Part shown: one piece after another, positions 60,964-64,000 of the stretch
Numbering within the stretch: the first letter of the stretch is position 1
Layout: every line of letters begins with the position of its first letter
NCBI GenBank assembly: GCA_002371705.1
Contig: DFGI01000068.1
Location: 16,911 to 80,910 of the forward strand
Source of the DNA: Bacteroidales bacterium UBA3754
GTDB taxonomy: Bacteria; Bacteroidota; Bacteroidia; Bacteroidales; UBA1715
Direction of reading: 5' to 3'
Length of the DNA stretch: 64,000 nt
Notes under the pieces: model-generated
What the model was told of the DNA's origin: nothing
The model's database searches: none
The model's input: only the letters and a program-made list of their open reading frames with translations
Program-made: the position numbers and the translations under genes

Positions 60964-62736
60964 ATGAAAAAATTCAAATCTTTACTTTCGCAAATGGCGA
61001 ATGTTGCATTAGTGACATCAGTTGTAGTTATTACCAGTTTGGCAATATATATATTCTGGCAAATTCATCAACACAAAGAACTTGTGGAAATCACCAAAAA
61101 CGAACTCCGCTCAATGTCGGAAAACGTATGGCACGCAAAATCGGGAAATTTCATCAACGCTGTCCGCGACAATTCCGCTTGGGACGAAGTTGTGAATTTT
61201 ATCAACCACGACTACCAACAAAGCGATTCGGCTTGGCTCGAAGACAATTTTGGGTATATGACCAATATGTATTCCGCAGCAATGATTGCAATGTACGACT
61301 CGGTTGGCATCCGCAAATACAAAAAAATCGAAGATTCCTATAAAAACTTCAATTTCTTTCCGTTTACGTTCAAAAATTTCACAGAATGTTTCAAAGACAC
61401 GGGGTTGGTCAATTTTTACATATATAATAATGACCAGCTGATGGAATACTTTTGCGCAACCATCACCCCATCGGCTGACAATGCGCACAAACGAAAGCCC
61501 AAAGGCTATATGCTTGTGGCACGCGAAATCAACCACGATTTGCTCGAAGATTTCAGGACTTCGCTCGGTGCAATTTACACAGGCATTTCCACAAATGGAA
61601 CTGATTCAATCACGCAAGAATACGAAAACAATCGTTACAATATTATAATATCGAAGGAACTTGATAATATCACACAAATCCGCCAAGCAAACATGAACAC
61701 TGTGTTCGAAAACAGCGTGGAAGAAAATTTTGCGAAAATAATACCTGTTTTCATCGGACTTATCAGTATGTGTTTGCTCGCAATGGGAGGACTACTCCTA
61801 TTTATGCGCAACAAAGTGATGCGTCCACTGAAAAAGATTTCCCGCTCGTTGGCATCGTCAAACACCGACGAAATTGTTTCGATAAAAGAATCTCCCGACG
61901 AAATGGGACAAGTTGCCGAACTGCTTGAAGAATTCTACATTCAAAAAGAAGAATTGGCAATCGCCAACAAAGAAATCACGGAATCAATCAACTATGCAAG
62001 CAGAATCCAACGTGCTGCCGTCAGCTCAATCGACAATGTAGCTGATGTATTCCCCGACAGCATGGTATATTACAAACCACGAAACATAATTTCGGGCGAC
62101 TGGTATATTGTTGAGCAAATGAAAAACCTCAAAATAATAATTGAGGCAGACTGCACCGGGCACGGCGTTCCGGGTTCCATGCTCAGTATGATGGGTATCA
62201 GCTCTATAAAAGATATTATCAACTCAATGGAGATTTTGGGTGAAGAATTGCAACCGGCAACGATTCTGAATCGTATGCGAACGGTTGTGAAAAATATGTT
62301 GGCGCAAAATTCAAAAGACGGATTTTCCATCAGCGACGGTATGGATATGACCATTGGTATTATCAATCCTGAGACAAAAATAATGAAATTCGCATCGGCA
62401 AATCAATCAGCCATACTTGTCAGAAACGGCGAAGCAACTAAAATAAAAGGCGACCGTATGCCAATTGGAAACTATATGCACGAAGAAGATTTCCAAAATA
62501 TTGAAATTCAACTACAAAGCGGTGATTCCTTATATTTTATGAGCGATGGTATTCAAGACCAAACAAATCCAGACAGGGAAAAATTCAAGAGCCGCCGATT
62601 AATGGAATTCTTAGTTACACACAACAACCTTTCCATGGCTGAAATTGGATCTAAGCTTGAAACCACAATCAACGACTGGCAAGCTGGTTCCGAACAAGTG
62701 GATGATATGACAATGGTTGGCGTGAGAATCCAATAA
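60964..62736 (+). CDS. Membrane-bound PP2C/SpoIIE-family serine phosphatase with an extracytoplasmic sensor domain (CHASE4-like)
   Basis: A TM helix is followed by a ~230-aa periplasmic region (NSAWDEVVNFINHDY...) and a second TM helix. The linker is followed by the phosphatase motifs ASRIQRAAVS, ISGDWYIV, DCTGHGVPGSMLSMMG and DGMDMTIG. The C-terminus ends DDMTMVGVRI. Confidence 0.8.
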   Translation: MKKFKSLLSQMANVALVTSVVVITSLAIYIFWQIHQHKELVEITKNELRSMSENVWHAKSGNFINAVRDNSAWDEVVNFINHDYQQSDSAWLEDNFGYMTNMYSAAMIAMYDSVGIRKYKKIEDSYKNFNFFPFTFKNFTECFKDTGLVNFYIYNNDQLMEYFCATITPSADNAHKRKPKGYMLVAREINHDLLEDFRTSLGAIYTGISTNGTDSITQEYENNRYNIIISKELDNITQIRQANMNTVFENSVEENFAKIIPVFIGLISMCLLAMGGLLLFMRNKVMRPLKKISRSLASSNTDEIVSIKESPDEMGQVAELLEEFYIQKEELAIANKEITESINYASRIQRAAVSSIDNVADVFPDSMVYYKPRNIISGDWYIVEQMKNLKIIIEADCTGHGVPGSMLSMMGISSIKDIINSMEILGEELQPATILNRMRTVVKNMLAQNSKDGFSISDGMDMTIGIINPETKIMKFASANQSAILVRNGEATKIKGDRMPIGNYMHEEDFQNIEIQLQSGDSLYFMSDGIQDQTNPDREKFKSRRLMEFLVTHNNLSMAEIGSKLETTINDWQAGSEQVDDMTMVGVRIQ

Positions 62737-62738
62737 CT

Positions 62739-62776
62739 GTTTGCAACCAAATAAATAGATTATTTCGGTTGCAAAC
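62739..62776. terminator. 10-bp hairpin between convergent genes, overlapping the last AraC codons
   Basis: GTTTGCAACC / 18-nt loop / GGTTGCAAAC. Confidence 0.45.
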
Positions 62777-63575
62777 TCTTTCTGTATTCCTGCGGCGACA
62801 TTCCCAACTGCTTCTTACAGTAGCGGCTGAAGTACGATAGAGTCTTAAAATTCATCATTTCAGCAACTTGCGTGATTGAGAGACGTTCGTCGTTGAGCAG
62901 ATTTTTGAGAATGGGCACGGCGTGGCGGTCGATATACGAAGTGACGCTGTGGCCTGTCATTCGGCGGACGGTGGCCGACAGGTATTTGGGCGAGACATTC
63001 AGCCGCTCGGCATAATATCTCATCTCGCGCTCGGTGCGGCAGATTCCCGTCGAAAGCAAATCCATCAGACTGCGGACAATATAGCCCGCGCGTTCGGTGT
63101 GCTCGATGGCACCGTAATATTTGGCGTGAAATTCAAAAATGTCGTAAATCATTGTCAGGCAAAGACTTCCCATTATTCCATCGTAGAAGCGCGAGTCGGT
63201 TTTGTCCATACGCTCACGGATATGGTGTATGTCGGATAAAAATTGCTCGGCATCGGCATCGGAAAGTGGGATTATGGGGTTGGCATTCAGACTGATACTG
63301 CCACCAATGCTGTAGTTGTTGGCAGGCAGCAGTCCGCCCAAGAAACTGTTTGGTGCGGCAAACCATTCAAACACAGCACTTTCGGGCGCGGCAAGGTTTT
63401 TGATTTTACACGGCGTTGACGTCACCAAAATGTCGTTTTTGAACATTCGGAACGCCTTGCCGTTGAACACGAAACTGCCTTCGCCTTCCAAACAAATCAG
63501 GTGCACGCAGCAGTCTGTCAGTGCTTGGCTGTTGATTCCGTAAAAATCGGTGGAATATGTGAAATTTGATTTCAT
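62760..63575 (-). CDS. AraC-family transcriptional regulator
   Basis: C-terminal double HTH: YYAERLNVSPKYLSATVRRMTGHSVTSYIDRHAV and LSITQVAEMMNFKTLSYFSRYCKKQLGMSPQEYR. Confidence 0.85.
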   Translation of the reverse strand: MKSNFTYSTDFYGINSQALTDCCVHLICLEGEGSFVFNGKAFRMFKNDILVTSTPCKIKNLAAPESAVFEWFAAPNSFLGGLLPANNYSIGGSISLNANPIIPLSDADAEQFLSDIHHIRERMDKTDSRFYDGIMGSLCLTMIYDIFEFHAKYYGAIEHTERAGYIVRSLMDLLSTGICRTEREMRYYAERLNVSPKYLSATVRRMTGHSVTSYIDRHAVPILKNLLNDERLSITQVAEMMNFKTLSYFSRYCKKQLGMSPQEYRKSLQPK

Positions 63576-63694
63576 AGAGGCAAAGATAGTACGTTTTCTT
63601 CAAAAAGTGAAAACTTCGGCTCTTTTTGTGAAACAGATATTCGGTCAGCCACCGCTATTTTTGCATCATAATAAATCATTAAAAAACAAACGAT

Positions 63695-64000
63695 ATGGAA
63701 ACATTTGTAGTGGACCCACGACAGACAACGCCTGAAGAACTCGCAGAAGGTATGCGTCAGGCACAAACGCTTTTCAAACTTGGTCAGACAATGCCTTATA
63801 CACCTGAATATGACGCACTTGTAAAGGATTTGTTCGGTAAAAACCTGGGCAGCGGCGTGCGTGTAATGCCTGGACTCACAGGCGTTTGCTTCGACCGTGT
63901 GAAAATTGGCGACAACGCACTTATTATGAATAACTGTCTGCTAATGTCGCGTGGAGGAATAACCATCGAAGAGAATGTAATGATTGCCGCTAATGTGCAG
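63695..64000 (+). CDS. Hexapeptide-repeat sugar O-acetyltransferase (maltose/galactoside acetyltransferase-like), 3' end cut by window edge
   Basis: My own translation is METFVVDPRQTTPEELAEGMRQAQTLFKLGQTMPYTPEYDALVKDLFGKNLGSGVRVMPGLTGVCFDRVKIGDNALIMNNCLLMSRGGITIEENVMIAANVQ. It has the Mac-type N-terminus followed by left-handed beta-helix repeats. It is absent from the ORF track because no stop codon lies within the window. Confidence 0.7.
   Translation, partial: METFVVDPRQTTPEELAEGMRQAQTLFKLGQTMPYTPEYDALVKDLFGKNLGSGVRVMPGLTGVCFDRVKIGDNALIMNNCLLMSRGGITIEENVMIAANVQ

Overview
This 64-kb window reads as chromosomal backbone of a Bacteroidota (Bacteroidales-like) organism that uses a type IX secretion system (T9SS). 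By eye it is AT-rich. TAnnTTTG -7 promoter boxes sit 4-30 nt upstream of many start codons, and lipoproteins, beta-barrels and T9SS-tailed proteins are abundant. I call about 55 protein genes and one tRNA-Pro(CGG). I found no rRNA, CRISPR array, transposase, integrase, phage gene or recognisable defence gene. Housekeeping genes include rnr (5' end cut by the window), an MsbA-like ABC exporter, rnhA, pyrB-pyrI, rho, a class-I aminotransferase, rlmH, mutS, PBP1A, an ABC-F ATPase and a phenylacetate-CoA ligase/ACT/symporter operon. The strongest candidate for an undescribed system is at 47334-52806. There an ECF sigma factor and a FecR anti-sigma factor are followed by a 421-aa protein that has only an STN signalling domain and a small putative beta-barrel, not a TonB-dependent transducer. 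That gene is translationally coupled to a seven-blade RCC1-repeat protein with a T9SS-like tail. Other notable points: (1) a CarboxypepD_reg/beta-barrel gene is split exactly at an in-phase A AAA AAA slippery heptamer; (2) a promoter-plus-terminator-bounded candidate sRNA lies in a 373-nt gap; (3) the ABC-F ATPase has one entire ATP site degenerate; (4) Rho begins directly with a Q/E/P-rich disordered segment and has no Rho_N helix bundle; (5) pyrBI has an intrinsic terminator 10 nt before its start; (6) CATTG-type heptad microsatellites occur at two loci, one inside a CDS; (7) an unlisted 52-codon symporter accessory ORF is present; (8) the right-hand end is visibly more G+C-rich. All functional calls rest on motifs I could read in the translations. 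No database search was run.
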